The notes below the pieces were generated by a model that was not told the origin of the DNA, searched no databases, and worked only from the letters and a program-made list of their open reading frames with translations. Position numbers and translations under genes: made by a program. A DNA stretch of 64,000 nt from Patescibacteria group bacterium (GTDB lineage: Bacteria; Patescibacteriota; Minisyncoccia; Phycocordibacterales; JACOZG01), in assembly GCA_038065495.1 (NCBI GenBank), contig JBBTQW010000001.1, positions 44,137 to 108,136 on the forward strand. Direction: 5' to 3'. Shown here piece after piece: positions 28,392 to 37,497 of the stretch. Numbering within the stretch: position 1 is the stretch's first letter; each line of letters begins with the position of its first letter.

Positions 28392-30578
28392 ATGAAATTA
28401 CTGATTGTCGAGTCGCCGGCGAAAGCGAAAACGATTGCCAAATATCTGGATGGCGAGTACACCGTGCGCGCGAGCGTCGGGCATATTCGTGATCTGCCGA
28501 AGAGTAATAAAAACGCGATTGATATCGAGGCCGGCTTCGTGCCGAATTATGTGATTAGTCCAGGGAAAGAAAAAGTGGTGAGTGAATTGAAAAGCTTGGC
28601 CAAGAAGGCTGAGAAAACGGTGCTCGCGACAGATCCGGACCGTGAAGGTGAAGCAATCGCTTGGCACATTAAGGAAGCACTGGGCTTGAAGAATCCGGAC
28701 AGAATCGTGTTCCATGAGATTACGAAAGAAGCCGTGCAAGAAGCGGCCGAACATCCAAGAAAAATTGATGAAAATTTAAGATCAGCGCAAGAGGCGCGAC
28801 GCGTGCTCGACAGACTATTTGGTTATGACTTGTCTGGTTTGATCTGGCAGAAGTTGCGCTACGGTTTATCAGCTGGCCGCGTGCAGTCCCCCGCGCTAAG
28901 AATCTTGGTGGAACGCGAACGCGAGATTAAAGCGTTTATTCCGGAAAAATTCTGGGTGCTGGAAGCGCTGTTGGCTACTAAAGAAAAAAAAGAAATCTTG
29001 TTTACTTGCGTAGAAGAGCCGAAGACGCAAGAAAGCGCTGACGAGATTGTGAATCTAGCGAAAAAATCAGACTGGCAAGTGGCGAGCGTCAAACAAACGC
29101 CAACGAAACGCTCGCCGCGCGCACCGTTTACGACATCAACGCTCCAGCAAGCGGCTTCTTCTCGTCTCGGCTACTCACCGTCTATCACAATGCGACTGGC
29201 GCAGAAGCTGTATGAAGCCGGTCACATCACTTACATGCGCACGGACAGCACTAATCTATCCCAACAAGCGCTGGCTGAAATTGCTGGTTTGGTGGAAACA
29301 CAATTTGGTCAGAAATATTTGCAAGTCAGAAAGTATGCGACTAAATCGAAGAACGCGCAGGAAGCGCATGAGGCGATCCGGCCATCTCACGCAAGTAATC
29401 TGAATGCTGGCAATTCGCCGCAAGAGCAGAAACTTTACAAATTAATCTGGTCACGCGCGGTGGCGAGTCAGATGAAAGACGCTGAGATGCTGAAAACAGA
29501 AATTATTGCGCAAGCTCGCCCCGCCAATGGCGGGGCAGGTGAGAAAAAAGTTCCTGATTTTAAAACTTTGGGATCAGTCATCACTTTCGACGGCTGGCTC
29601 AAAGCTGACCCGGCCGCGCGCGGCGAAGACGTGGAATTGCCAAAAATTTCTGACGGCGAAAAGCTTGATCTCAAAAATATCAACGCGCTTGGTAAAGAAA
29701 CGCAACCGCCGAAGAGATATAGTGAAGCTGGCCTCGTGAAAGAATTGGAAAAGCGCGGGATTGGCCGACCGAGCACTTATGCGCCCACCATCAAGACGAT
29801 TATTGATCGCGGTTATGTGGAAAAGGTGGAACGCAGTCTCAAGCCGACAGAAACGGGCGAAGTGGTGAGTAGCTTTTTGGAAGAAAATTTTGCCAGCTAT
29901 ATCAGCGACGACTTCACTCGCGAGATGGAAGATAAGCTGGACTTGATCGCGACTGGCGAACATGAGTATGTGAAGACGCTGAAAGATTTCTACGGCCCCT
30001 TCAAGAAAGAAATCGCGTCGAAGAAAAAATTGCCGAAAATTACTAATCTTGGGGCTGCGCCGGCTGATCTGCTCTGCCCGGTCTGTGGTAGCGCAATGAT
30101 TATCAAACTCAGTCGCTCTGGCAAATTTTATTCTTGTTCACGATTCCCAGACTGCGTGGGAGCGCGCAAGATGGACGGGAATGTGATGGAAGGGCCGAAA
30201 GAAACGGGCGAGCTCTGCCCAGACTGCAAAGACGGCAAATTGATCGAGCGCGAAGGTAAATTTGGTAAGTTTATTGCTTGCAGTAATTATCCGAAGTGCA
30301 AATTTATCAAAAAAGATCCAAGCCAAGAAGCAGCCGGCGATACTGGCGTAACTTGCACAGTTTGTAAGAAAGGCACGATGCGCGAGAAGCGCGGGAGATT
30401 TGGCATATTCTATGGTTGCTCAAATTATCCGGACTGCAAAAATATTATTAAAACCAAACCAACTGGCAAGATCTGCGAGATGTGTGGCGCGCTAATGATG
30501 GCGGGGACGAAAACGATTCCGGACAGATGCTCGAACAAAGCCTGCGCCAATCACAATCCGCACAAGCTGATGAAATAA
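28392..30578 (+). CDS. topA: DNA topoisomerase I with C-terminal zinc-ribbon repeats
   Basis: 728 aa with MKLLIVESPAKAKTIAKYLDGEYTVRASVGHIRDLP (Toprim), active-site Tyr region (HITYMRTDS) and three C4 zinc ribbons near the C-terminus. Confidence 0.95.
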   Translation: MKLLIVESPAKAKTIAKYLDGEYTVRASVGHIRDLPKSNKNAIDIEAGFVPNYVISPGKEKVVSELKSLAKKAEKTVLATDPDREGEAIAWHIKEALGLKNPDRIVFHEITKEAVQEAAEHPRKIDENLRSAQEARRVLDRLFGYDLSGLIWQKLRYGLSAGRVQSPALRILVEREREIKAFIPEKFWVLEALLATKEKKEILFTCVEEPKTQESADEIVNLAKKSDWQVASVKQTPTKRSPRAPFTTSTLQQAASSRLGYSPSITMRLAQKLYEAGHITYMRTDSTNLSQQALAEIAGLVETQFGQKYLQVRKYATKSKNAQEAHEAIRPSHASNLNAGNSPQEQKLYKLIWSRAVASQMKDAEMLKTEIIAQARPANGGAGEKKVPDFKTLGSVITFDGWLKADPAARGEDVELPKISDGEKLDLKNINALGKETQPPKRYSEAGLVKELEKRGIGRPSTYAPTIKTIIDRGYVEKVERSLKPTETGEVVSSFLEENFASYISDDFTREMEDKLDLIATGEHEYVKTLKDFYGPFKKEIASKKKLPKITNLGAAPADLLCPVCGSAMIIKLSRSGKFYSCSRFPDCVGARKMDGNVMEGPKETGELCPDCKDGKLIEREGKFGKFIACSNYPKCKFIKKDPSQEAAGDTGVTCTVCKKGTMREKRGRFGIFYGCSNYPDCKNIIKTKPTGKICEMCGALMMAGTKTIPDRCSNKACANHNPHKLMK

Positions 30579-30592
30579 GTTAGAATAGACTT

Positions 30593-31147
30593 ATGCCGAG
30601 CTGGCACATATTACTTACAATCACTCACCTCTTCGGCCTCGCGCTGGGCGCTGGCGGGGCCTTCGCGAGCGATTGGATCTTCCTCCTTAGCGCTCATGAT
30701 AGTCATATCTCGCGCACCGAGACGCGCTTCTTGAGCCTCGGCAGTAAGCTCGTCTGGACGGGCGTGGCGATTCTCGCTCTATCCGGCTTGGGTTTATTCT
30801 TACTCGATCCCACTCGCCTGCTCGCTTCGCCCAAGTTCCTCGCCAAGATGAGCGTTATTCTGATAATTATCTTGAACGGCATCTCGTTCCACTTTCTGCA
30901 CTTGCCCAGAATTAGACGCCATGCCGGCGAACACTTCCCCTCCTCCGACGAATTTATGCGTTACCGCTTCCCGCTCGTCGCGAGTGGCGCAATCTCCTTC
31001 GTCTCCTGGTCCAGCGCGCTCATCCTCGGTGCTTGGCGATCAGTTCCCTTTTCTTATCCCCAGATCATGCTCGTTTATCTCGCTACGCTGATTATCGCCA
31101 TTCTCGTATCTTATTTAGCCAGAAAAAAGCTTGTGCCGGATGAGTGA
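30593..31147 (+). CDS. hypothetical polytopic membrane protein
   Basis: 184 aa with 4-5 TM helices, just downstream of topA. Confidence 0.55.
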   Translation: MPSWHILLTITHLFGLALGAGGAFASDWIFLLSAHDSHISRTETRFLSLGSKLVWTGVAILALSGLGLFLLDPTRLLASPKFLAKMSVILIIILNGISFHFLHLPRIRRHAGEHFPSSDEFMRYRFPLVASGAISFVSWSSALILGAWRSVPFSYPQIMLVYLATLIIAILVSYLARKKLVPDE

Positions 31148-31252
31148 GTTTTTAAAGCTTAACAAATAAAGTGCAATATGCTAGGCTGGGATGTCAGATC
31201 GTTGAAAAGCAAATAAACCCCGTTTTTTGGCCCTAGGTCAAAAGGAGATTGT

Positions 31253-31474
31253 ATGTCGCTTGAACTAGCATGGAAATCTATCAGAGTCTTTGGGCTTTTT
31301 TGGATGTTCGGCTTTTTCGCCAGTGGGACACTCTTGGCGCAGGTAATGATTGGGACCAGACCACTGATCTTCGTGAACGGAGTGGTCTTTGTCATGGTCT
31401 ACATGACTGGAGCGCTGAGGGGTGTCAGATACAACATCGACCACCTCTTCATGAAACCTCCCGCCGACAATTAA
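31253..31474 (+). CDS. small membrane protein (73 aa), hypothetical
   Basis: Strong SD (AAAAGGAGATTGT-ATG), two TM helices and the terminator hairpin at 31494-31535 (GGCACATTTGG...CCAGATGTGC plus T-run). Confidence 0.5.
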   Translation: MSLELAWKSIRVFGLFWMFGFFASGTLLAQVMIGTRPLIFVNGVVFVMVYMTGALRGVRYNIDHLFMKPPADN

Positions 31475-31493
31475 CGCGTAGATCTACCACATT

Positions 31494-31535
31494 GGCACAT
31501 TTGGCCTAACAAACCAGATGTGCTTTTTTCTTTTT
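31494..31535 (+). terminator. Rho-independent terminator
   Basis: GGCACATTTGGcctaacaaaCCAGATGTGC followed by TTTTTTCTTTTTC. Confidence 0.6.
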
Positions 31536-31558
31536 CTAAAAACTAAACCGTAAAATTT

Positions 31559-31963
31559 CTATTCAAAAACTTTTTCCTTCAAAGCGCTGGCAACAAATTC
31601 GTCGAGATCTTCTTGCTTAGCCATTTCTGCCACTGTCAACCAGAGGAAAGCATCATGCTCCGGACTTAATTTAACTTTGCCATCAGCAGTCGAAAGATAA
31701 CTTAGACGAACCACTTGCTTATCAGCTCTGATAATATCTTGCGCTAGAAAAAGTTGTGGCGACGAAGTGAGCACGAGACCTGTTTCTTCTTCAACTTCTC
31801 TCGCTAAATTGGTAATTAAGTCAGTTCCGGGTTCAATCCGTCCACCAACAACGTCCCAAATGCCATTTACCAAATGCCGATTCTCAGGCGCACGACGCAC
31901 CAGTAAATATTTGCCGTCTTTATTTTTGAGAAAAGCTTTTACTCCCACTTGTAATGGCAACAT
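31559..31963 (-). CDS. NUDIX hydrolase
   Basis: 134 aa with the Nudix box GGRIEPGTDLITNLAREVEEETGL (GX5EX7REUXEEXGU). Confidence 0.8.
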   Translation of the reverse strand: MLPLQVGVKAFLKNKDGKYLLVRRAPENRHLVNGIWDVVGGRIEPGTDLITNLAREVEEETGLVLTSSPQLFLAQDIIRADKQVVRLSYLSTADGKVKLSPEHDAFLWLTVAEMAKQEDLDEFVASALKEKVFE

Positions 31964-31965
31964 AT

Positions 31966-32910
31966 TTAAACTGTGAAATTTTTGAGATTATAAAGCTCGG
32001 CCTCGTCGTCAGGCGAGCTATCGTCTATTGCTTCTGGTAAAACTTCTGAAACATTTTCCGGAATCGGCGAGGCTTGTTGGAACTGCGGCGAGTTTAATAA
32101 ATCAAAAATTTGCGAGAGATCGTCATTGGAGAAAAAGTCGATAGTCACTTTGCCACCTACCTCTTTTTTTTCTACGCGCACGCGGGTGCCCAGTTTCTCG
32201 GTCAACTTCTGCTCTAGTTCCACGATCGTTGGATCAACGAGATAATTCTTGTTACGAACTTTCTCATGTGCCACTCTTCTGGCGAGACTTTCGGCCTCAC
32301 GCACGGTCAGTTTGCGCGTCATAATTTCTTGGAAGAGCGTTTGCTGTTCGGCTGGCCGGTCACCAAGCATCAAGAGCGGTCGGGTGTGACCCTCAGAAAT
32401 TTTCCCATCAGCCAGCGCTTGGATCATCTCGGCTGGTAGAGCGAGTAGGCGAATCGAATTAGAAACATACTCTCGACTCTTGCCCACGCGCTTGGCCACC
32501 TCCACATGCGTGAGTTTGAAGTCTTGGACAAGTTGCTGGAAGGCGCTGGCGCGATCCACCGGATTCAAGTCTTCGCGTTGCAAGTTCTCGATAATCGCCA
32601 TCTCCAGCTTGAGCTTATCGCTCTGCTCGCCGTCGCGGATCACCGCCGGCACTTGCGAGATGCCGGCTAGCTTAGACGCCCGCCAACGCCGCTCGCCAGC
32701 AATCAGTTCGTACTCCACGGCTAATCCCCCATCTGGCCGGGCAAATTCTTGTCTTGTCACCACCAGTGGCTGGAGCACGCCGTATTGCCGGATCGAATCG
32801 GCCAAGGCGCGGAGCTTGTCTTCGTCAAAGTCATGCCGCGGCTGAAAAGGATTCGGCTTGATCTTATCAACCTCAATCCAGAAGATAGCGTTATTGTAAG
32901 TCTCGCTCAT
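31966..32910 (-). CDS. parB: ParB/Spo0J chromosome partitioning protein (no adjacent parA)
   Basis: 314 aa. ParB box region IKPNPFQPRHDFDEDKLRALADSIRQYGVLQPLVV and the HTH region GISQ...VAKRVGKSREYVSNSIRLLAL. Confidence 0.85.
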   Translation of the reverse strand: MSETYNNAIFWIEVDKIKPNPFQPRHDFDEDKLRALADSIRQYGVLQPLVVTRQEFARPDGGLAVEYELIAGERRWRASKLAGISQVPAVIRDGEQSDKLKLEMAIIENLQREDLNPVDRASAFQQLVQDFKLTHVEVAKRVGKSREYVSNSIRLLALPAEMIQALADGKISEGHTRPLLMLGDRPAEQQTLFQEIMTRKLTVREAESLARRVAHEKVRNKNYLVDPTIVELEQKLTEKLGTRVRVEKKEVGGKVTIDFFSNDDLSQIFDLLNSPQFQQASPIPENVSEVLPEAIDDSSPDDEAELYNLKNFTV

Positions 32911-32932
32911 TTCTGCTATTTTAACACAAGTT

Positions 32933-33018
32933 GCCGGAGTGGCGGAATGGCATACGCATACGACTCAAAATCGTACGACCGCAAGGTCTTGTGGGTTCAA
33001 GTCCCACCTCCGGCACCA
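32933..33018 (+). tRNA. tRNA-Leu (anticodon CAA), CCA encoded
   Basis: Acceptor GCCGGAG/CTCCGGC, anticodon stem TACGA/TCGTA with loop CTCAAAA, a 15-nt variable arm, T-loop TTCAAGT and a 3' ACCA. Confidence 0.85.
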
Positions 33019-33021
33019 ATT

Positions 33022-33093
33022 GCTCTCGTCTTTCAATGGATAGGATATCTCCCTCCGAAGGAGATGATGCAGGTTCGATTCCTGCCGAGAGCA
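33022..33093 (+). tRNA. tRNA-Arg (anticodon CCG)
   Basis: Acceptor GCTCTCG/CGAGAGC, anticodon stem TCTCC/GGAGA with loop CTCCGAA, T-arm GCAGG-TTCGATT-CCTGC. The D-arm is imperfect by eye. Confidence 0.75.
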
Positions 33094-33102
33094 CAGTCAA
33101 AT

Positions 33103-33132
33103 AAAAAAAACCGGACGTTGGTGGTCCGGTTT
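33103..33132 (-). terminator. bidirectional hairpin terminator (ACCGGAC...GTCCGGT; T8 on minus strand)
   Basis: Plus strand reads aaaaaaaACCGGACgttggtgGTCCGGTtt. It follows the tRNA pair and terminates the minus-strand gene 33151..33345. Confidence 0.6.
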
Positions 33133-33150
33133 GAGCGTGATCAGTAAAAG

Positions 33151-33345
33151 CTAGTAAAGAATCGGTCCGTGGAAATCTTCCGCGGTAAGCCGCCGTGAAC
33201 GCTCAATTGCTTCCAACTCTTCGCGAGCGGCCTCACGAAACTCACTCACAATCCGCTCATGACGAATTCTGGCTTCCGCACTTGAGGCAAGAAGTTTACC
33301 AATTTCAGTTTCTTCAACCCGAAGAATTCGCGGTTTAAGACGCAT
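33151..33345 (-). CDS. small hypothetical protein (64 aa), charged/helical
   Basis: SD AAGGAGAAAACTAGT-ATG with a terminator immediately downstream. Confidence 0.45.
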   Translation of the reverse strand: MRLKPRILRVEETEIGKLLASSAEARIRHERIVSEFREAAREELEAIERSRRLTAEDFHGPILY

Positions 33346-33511
33346 ACTAGTTTTCTCCTTGTTACAGTTTACAAATGTGCGACTATGTCTATACTACATA
33401 AATTATGACCAAAAACAAAATCCTCGTCCTCCTCGGATCAACGGCCAGTGACAAAATAACAGAATAAAAAAGTGCCGTCCGTCTTGGTAGACGAACGGCA
33501 CTGGGATGGAA

Positions 33512-34378
33512 TCATGGTTTGGCAATCACCACTTGATCCTTCTTCCTGAATCGAGCAGTTGCTCGAACAATCGGCAGGACCACCAGAGCGGCAAATTGTG
33601 AGAAAGGACTTTCTTGAAGCCCGTCAGTATGGCTCTTGACCATATCGGCGAGCTCCTGTTCCTCCTCCAAGATAGTGTCGTAGCCGGGCCAGTCGATGGG
33701 GTCTTCTCCCGTATAATTGGCCCAGATCCGAGCAGCGTCCTTCTTGGACCTCTCATACTCCTCTTTCGCACCACGACGATAAACCTCCCAAGCGTGCATG
33801 ATCATCATGTCATACATACGGAAGATTGTTTTGATCCGCCGATCAGCCACCAAAGCCTTGAGCAACGACCCTACTAAGACCGCACCGAAGGCCAGGACGA
33901 AAGAAGCATAAGTCGGCTGCACTGGTTGCTCGAAGTTGACCCAAGGGATGAAGGCTTTACCAAAGGTAAAGCCGAACCCGCCGAGGATTGCGGTACGACC
34001 AAGTGCTTTGGCCAACCCAATCCGTTTGGTGGATTGAGTGATTTCTTGGATCCGGTGCTCGCGCTCCTTAATGGCTCGTTGTTCAAGCTCTTCCACATCG
34101 TGACGTCGTCGCTCGATACCTCGCGCCAAGGAAACAATCACCGTCTTGAGACCAGAGAGGAACTGCCATTCGGCTGTCCCAATCCGGGCCTCATACCTAC
34201 GGCAGACCTTCTCAAAATCACTAACCGACTCGGAAGCAAGCTTGAGAGTGGGTCGAGTTGAGCCACCATTCATGCTCGCCAGATAGTAACAGTAGGCAAT
34301 GTCGAGAACTCGGTCTGGTGTATAGAACGCCAAGGCCGAGTCCTTCTTTCGCGAACTCTTTCTCTTCATGTTCATCAA
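33512..34378 (-). CDS. hypothetical membrane protein (288 aa), GC-rich block
   Basis: Two central TM helices flanked by charged soluble regions. No recognisable domain. Confidence 0.55.
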   Translation of the reverse strand: MMNMKRKSSRKKDSALAFYTPDRVLDIAYCYYLASMNGGSTRPTLKLASESVSDFEKVCRRYEARIGTAEWQFLSGLKTVIVSLARGIERRRHDVEELEQRAIKEREHRIQEITQSTKRIGLAKALGRTAILGGFGFTFGKAFIPWVNFEQPVQPTYASFVLAFGAVLVGSLLKALVADRRIKTIFRMYDMMIMHAWEVYRRGAKEEYERSKKDAARIWANYTGEDPIDWPGYDTILEEEQELADMVKSHTDGLQESPFSQFAALVVLPIVRATARFRKKDQVVIAKP

Positions 34379-35193
34379 CCCTCGGGAGTAAGCTGGTTGG
34401 CGTCGTCCTCTTGACTACTGTGACTGTCGTGAGAATCGTGACCGGAATCAGTGATTTCGATATCGTCAGCCCCCTTCACAGCTACGCTGTCGTAGAGACT
34501 ATCGATACGACTCTCCTGCAATCTAAGAAACGGCACATTCTCTATCTTACGCAGAAGGCGCAAGCCATCAGGCGTAAAGATCAGGATTGTGCCAGCCAGA
34601 AGGAGCATCTGTTCGGCCGCATCGGGATACTGATAGCTCACAGTTTTAGAACCGCGAGCCAGCGAGTCATCCTTCTTGCCAAACTGATAATGCTCAATCG
34701 AGTTGGGCGAGAGAACCCAACGATCGTTCAGCCTTGTGTCAACAAACATGAGCGCCCCCAACATCGACAAGATAACACTGATAGTCAAGCCAAAGTTCGG
34801 ACTGTATGCCGGCTTCAGCTCCCAGAAGGTGTTCATGATTGTACTCAAGAACAAGACATTCTTGACATCTCTAAGCCACAAGCCACCGACCCAAAGCAGA
34901 GCAACCGCGACAAGAGTAAAAATCGTCTGGTCGCGAGAGAGCTCAAAGCCGAGCGCGATGACCACCAGCGTCAAGGCTGTAATGTAGGTCCAACCCGCCG
35001 CCTCTGGACTAATCCAGGCGTAATGAGTTGGTACCCACAGCAGAAACCCGAGAAGCCAGATGGGCCAGAAGAAGATGAACTTGGGATACGCGTACACAAC
35101 AATCTTGGTGGGATCGCGTTCCCGCTTGAAGACGCAGACGCAAGCACTGCAGACCTTCTTCACCGCGGACAAGGGATTAAACTTAAACGACAT
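34375..35193 (-). CDS. hypothetical polytopic membrane protein (272 aa) with Cys-rich N-terminus and acidic His/Ser/Asp-rich C-terminal tail
   Basis: Its stop overlaps the downstream start by 4 nt (ATGA), indicating a co-translated pair. N-terminal CSACVCV, 4-5 TM helices, C-terminal DSGHDSHDSHSSQEDD. Confidence 0.55.
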   Translation of the reverse strand: MSFKFNPLSAVKKVCSACVCVFKRERDPTKIVVYAYPKFIFFWPIWLLGFLLWVPTHYAWISPEAAGWTYITALTLVVIALGFELSRDQTIFTLVAVALLWVGGLWLRDVKNVLFLSTIMNTFWELKPAYSPNFGLTISVILSMLGALMFVDTRLNDRWVLSPNSIEHYQFGKKDDSLARGSKTVSYQYPDAAEQMLLLAGTILIFTPDGLRLLRKIENVPFLRLQESRIDSLYDSVAVKGADDIEITDSGHDSHDSHSSQEDDANQLTPEG

Positions 35194-35354
35194 ACCGTTC
35201 CTCCAGTGGTGCCGCCAGGCACCAAAAAGTTTTCAAAGAGCGTTCCAAACCATTGGAAGCCAGCAAGAGGTTAGCATACTACACTTTATTTGTCAATAGC
35301 CAAATTCTCCACCCCTGTTTGTGCTCTTGGGACAAAGAGTTTAAGGTGATAATA

Positions 35355-36248
35355 ATGAAAGTCCCCCATTTCCTCGTCATCCTCGGACCAACGGCCTCTG
35401 GCAAGTCAGGACTGGCTGTTAAATTAGCCAAAAAGTTTGATGGTGAAATAATCAGCGCTGACTCCAGACAAGTTTATCGCGGTTTAGATATCGGCGCGGG
35501 GAAAATTACAAAACGCGAAATGCAGAATGTGCCACACTATTTATTAGACGTGGCGAATCCGAAACGCGTGTTTTCTGTCGCGCAATATCAGAAATTGGCA
35601 AAGCAAAAAATTAGAGAGATTCTAGCGAGAAATAAATTGCCAATCATCTGCGGCGGCACGGGCTTCTATATTCAGGCTGTTGTTGATGATTTAGTGTTAC
35701 CAGAAGTGCAAGCTAATCTGAAATTACGTGAGAGCTTAGCGAGAAAAAATCCGGAAGAGTTATTTAAGATTCTGCAGAAATTAGACAAGACTAGAGCGCA
35801 GAATATTGATAAAAATAATCCGAGAAGATTAATTAGAGCAATTGAAATTGCGAAAAGTTTGGGTCAGGTGCCGAATTTTAATAAAAATAAAAAAGCTGAG
35901 AATGAAAATAAGAACATTGTAATCATTGGTCTCAATCCCCCAGCCGAAAAACTAAAAAAACTAATCAAGATTAGACTAGAAAAAAGATTAAAATCTGGAC
36001 TGATTACGGAAGTGAGAAATTTGCATGAGCAAGAGAAGTTGAGCTGGAAGAGATTAGAAAACTTGGGACTAGAATATAAATTTGTCGCGCTATTCCTCCA
36101 GAAAAAAATAAAAGATAAGAAAGAATTCACAGAAAAATTAAATACCGCGATTTGGCATTATGCGAAGAGGCAAATGACTTGGTTCAAGCGCGACGAACGA
36201 ATACGCTGGCTGACAGAAAAACAAGCGTTGAAGTTAAAGCTGAAATAA
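35355..36248 (+). CDS. miaA: tRNA dimethylallyltransferase
   Basis: Start at MKVPHFLVILGPTASGKSGLAV (P-loop), with ISADSRQVYRGLDIGAGKIT. The track ORF extends 34 codons upstream without an RBS. Confidence 0.85.
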   Translation: MKVPHFLVILGPTASGKSGLAVKLAKKFDGEIISADSRQVYRGLDIGAGKITKREMQNVPHYLLDVANPKRVFSVAQYQKLAKQKIREILARNKLPIICGGTGFYIQAVVDDLVLPEVQANLKLRESLARKNPEELFKILQKLDKTRAQNIDKNNPRRLIRAIEIAKSLGQVPNFNKNKKAENENKNIVIIGLNPPAEKLKKLIKIRLEKRLKSGLITEVRNLHEQEKLSWKRLENLGLEYKFVALFLQKKIKDKKEFTEKLNTAIWHYAKRQMTWFKRDERIRWLTEKQALKLKLK

Positions 36249-36603
36249 GACAATACAAGCACCAAGCGTTAATCACGAAAGCTTGGAGATAAACGAAAGC
36301 AAGCGAGGCCGAGAACGCAAGCAAACTGAGCCACCAGACTACTTTGATCAACTTTTTATTCGGCTGTTGAAGGTTAAGTAAGATTAAAATAAAAACCGTG
36401 AGATAGAAAAGCGCGCCAAGCAGAGCGACTGGCACGCCAGCGATCTGGGAATAGACACTATTCGTGACCGTATCGCAACCAGCTAGGATAGTACACGGGA
36501 TAGGCGTGCCAGTGTAGTGCTTGATCGTGAGAAAAGTGGCATCGGCAAAGCCAATGAAGCTAAGCGCTAAGAGCGTCAGTGATAAGTTTTTTGAATTCAT
36601 CAT
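36184..36603 (-). CDS. vitamin K epoxide reductase (VKOR) family membrane protein
   Basis: 139 aa. VKOR family placement is by resemblance only; no canonical CXXC redox motif was located. Confidence 0.7.
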   Translation of the reverse strand: MMNSKNLSLTLLALSFIGFADATFLTIKHYTGTPIPCTILAGCDTVTNSVYSQIAGVPVALLGALFYLTVFILILLNLQQPNKKLIKVVWWLSLLAFSASLAFVYLQAFVINAWCLYCLISALTSTLVFLSASVFVRRA

Positions 36604-37324
36604 AACTTTTAGGATTAGTGATCTTGCCGCCGTTTAAGTAAAAAGTGGGTGTCCCCTCCACGCCCGAGCGCAAGCCACTCTGATAATGTTGCTCGATTTT
36701 ATCTTTTACTATTTTGGTATCAATATCAACTTCGAGTTTAGTGAGATTAACGCCGGTATTTTTTATTAAATTTACTAGTGTCTCGCGCGCGGCAATCTGC
36801 TCGGACCAAGCCTGCTGACCAGCATAGATTGCATCGGCGGCTAACCAGAACTTGCCCTGCAAACCAGCCGCCTCGACTACTTGTGAGGCCAGTTGAGCGT
36901 TCGCGTGATTCTGGCGGAGTGGGAAGTGGCGGAAGGTCACACCAATCTTATCACCAAACTCCTCACGCAACTGCGTTACCCAAGTAGCATAAAAGGCGCA
37001 AGCTGGGCATTGGAAGTCGCCATACTCCACCAATTGCACTGGAGATTCTTGACTACCAGCCGTCCAATCTGCGGCGGTCACCGGATCAGCCAGCTTGCCC
37101 GCCACAGCGCCAGCGCCTGGAGGCGTGACTGTGGCGAGTTTATATAAACCAAAAACCGTGCCAGCGAGAATCAATACTGCGAGTAACCAGGGCCAGAGTT
37201 TGCGTCCAGAATTACCACCACTACTCGCGCTAGCGCTGGAATTGCTATTCTTCTGCTTTTGCCGCGCCTCGCGCTCTTGCTCGTAAAGTTCTTTGGGACT
37301 CAAATTAGATTGATTTTCAGTCAT
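36560..37324 (-). CDS. DsbA-like thioredoxin-fold thiol:disulfide oxidoreductase, TM anchored
   Basis: 254 aa. A TM anchor is followed by YGDFQCPACAFY (CXXC). It overlaps the VKOR gene by 44 nt. Confidence 0.8.
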   Translation of the reverse strand: MTENQSNLSPKELYEQEREARQKQKNSNSSASASSGGNSGRKLWPWLLAVLILAGTVFGLYKLATVTPPGAGAVAGKLADPVTAADWTAGSQESPVQLVEYGDFQCPACAFYATWVTQLREEFGDKIGVTFRHFPLRQNHANAQLASQVVEAAGLQGKFWLAADAIYAGQQAWSEQIAARETLVNLIKNTGVNLTKLEVDIDTKIVKDKIEQHYQSGLRSGVEGTPTFYLNGGKITNPKSYDEFKKLITDALSA

Positions 37325-37347
37325 AATTCCTATATCCTACCAGATAA

Positions 37348-37419
37348 GGGCCTATAGTTTCAATGGTAAAACAGCGGTCTCCAAAACCGTAGTTCCCCGT
37401 TCGAGTCGGGGTGGGCCCG
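37348..37419 (+). tRNA. tRNA-Trp (anticodon CCA)
   Basis: Acceptor GGGCCTA/TGGGCCC, anticodon stem GCGGT/ACCGT with loop CTCCAAA, T-arm CCCCG-TTCGAGT-CGGGG. Confidence 0.8.
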
Positions 37420-37497
37420 CCTTCGCTAGCGCTTCGGCGGGCAAGCCCGCTTTACCACAATCCGTAAACCCGCTTTAGCAAAATTTGCTCTACTAGC

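Noticed and set aside
32749-33147. 132-aa plus-strand ORF
   Set aside because: It spans the tRNA-Leu(CAA) and tRNA-Arg(CCG) genes. It is an artefact of an open frame across structured RNA genes.
35265-35300. Possible seventh copy of the promoter module (ttgacaaataaagtgtagtatgctaacc, reverse complement)
   Set aside because: The -35 is perfect but there is no acceptable -10 at a 16-18 nt spacing and no GGGGGT extension. It is probably an ordinary weak promoter for the 34375..35193 gene.
35253-35354. 34-codon upstream extension of miaA, and similar N-terminal extensions of serS, sodA, dedA and the sigma factor
   Set aside because: Conserved protein N-termini begin at internal Met codons. The extensions have no RBS and overlap upstream promoter or terminator signals.
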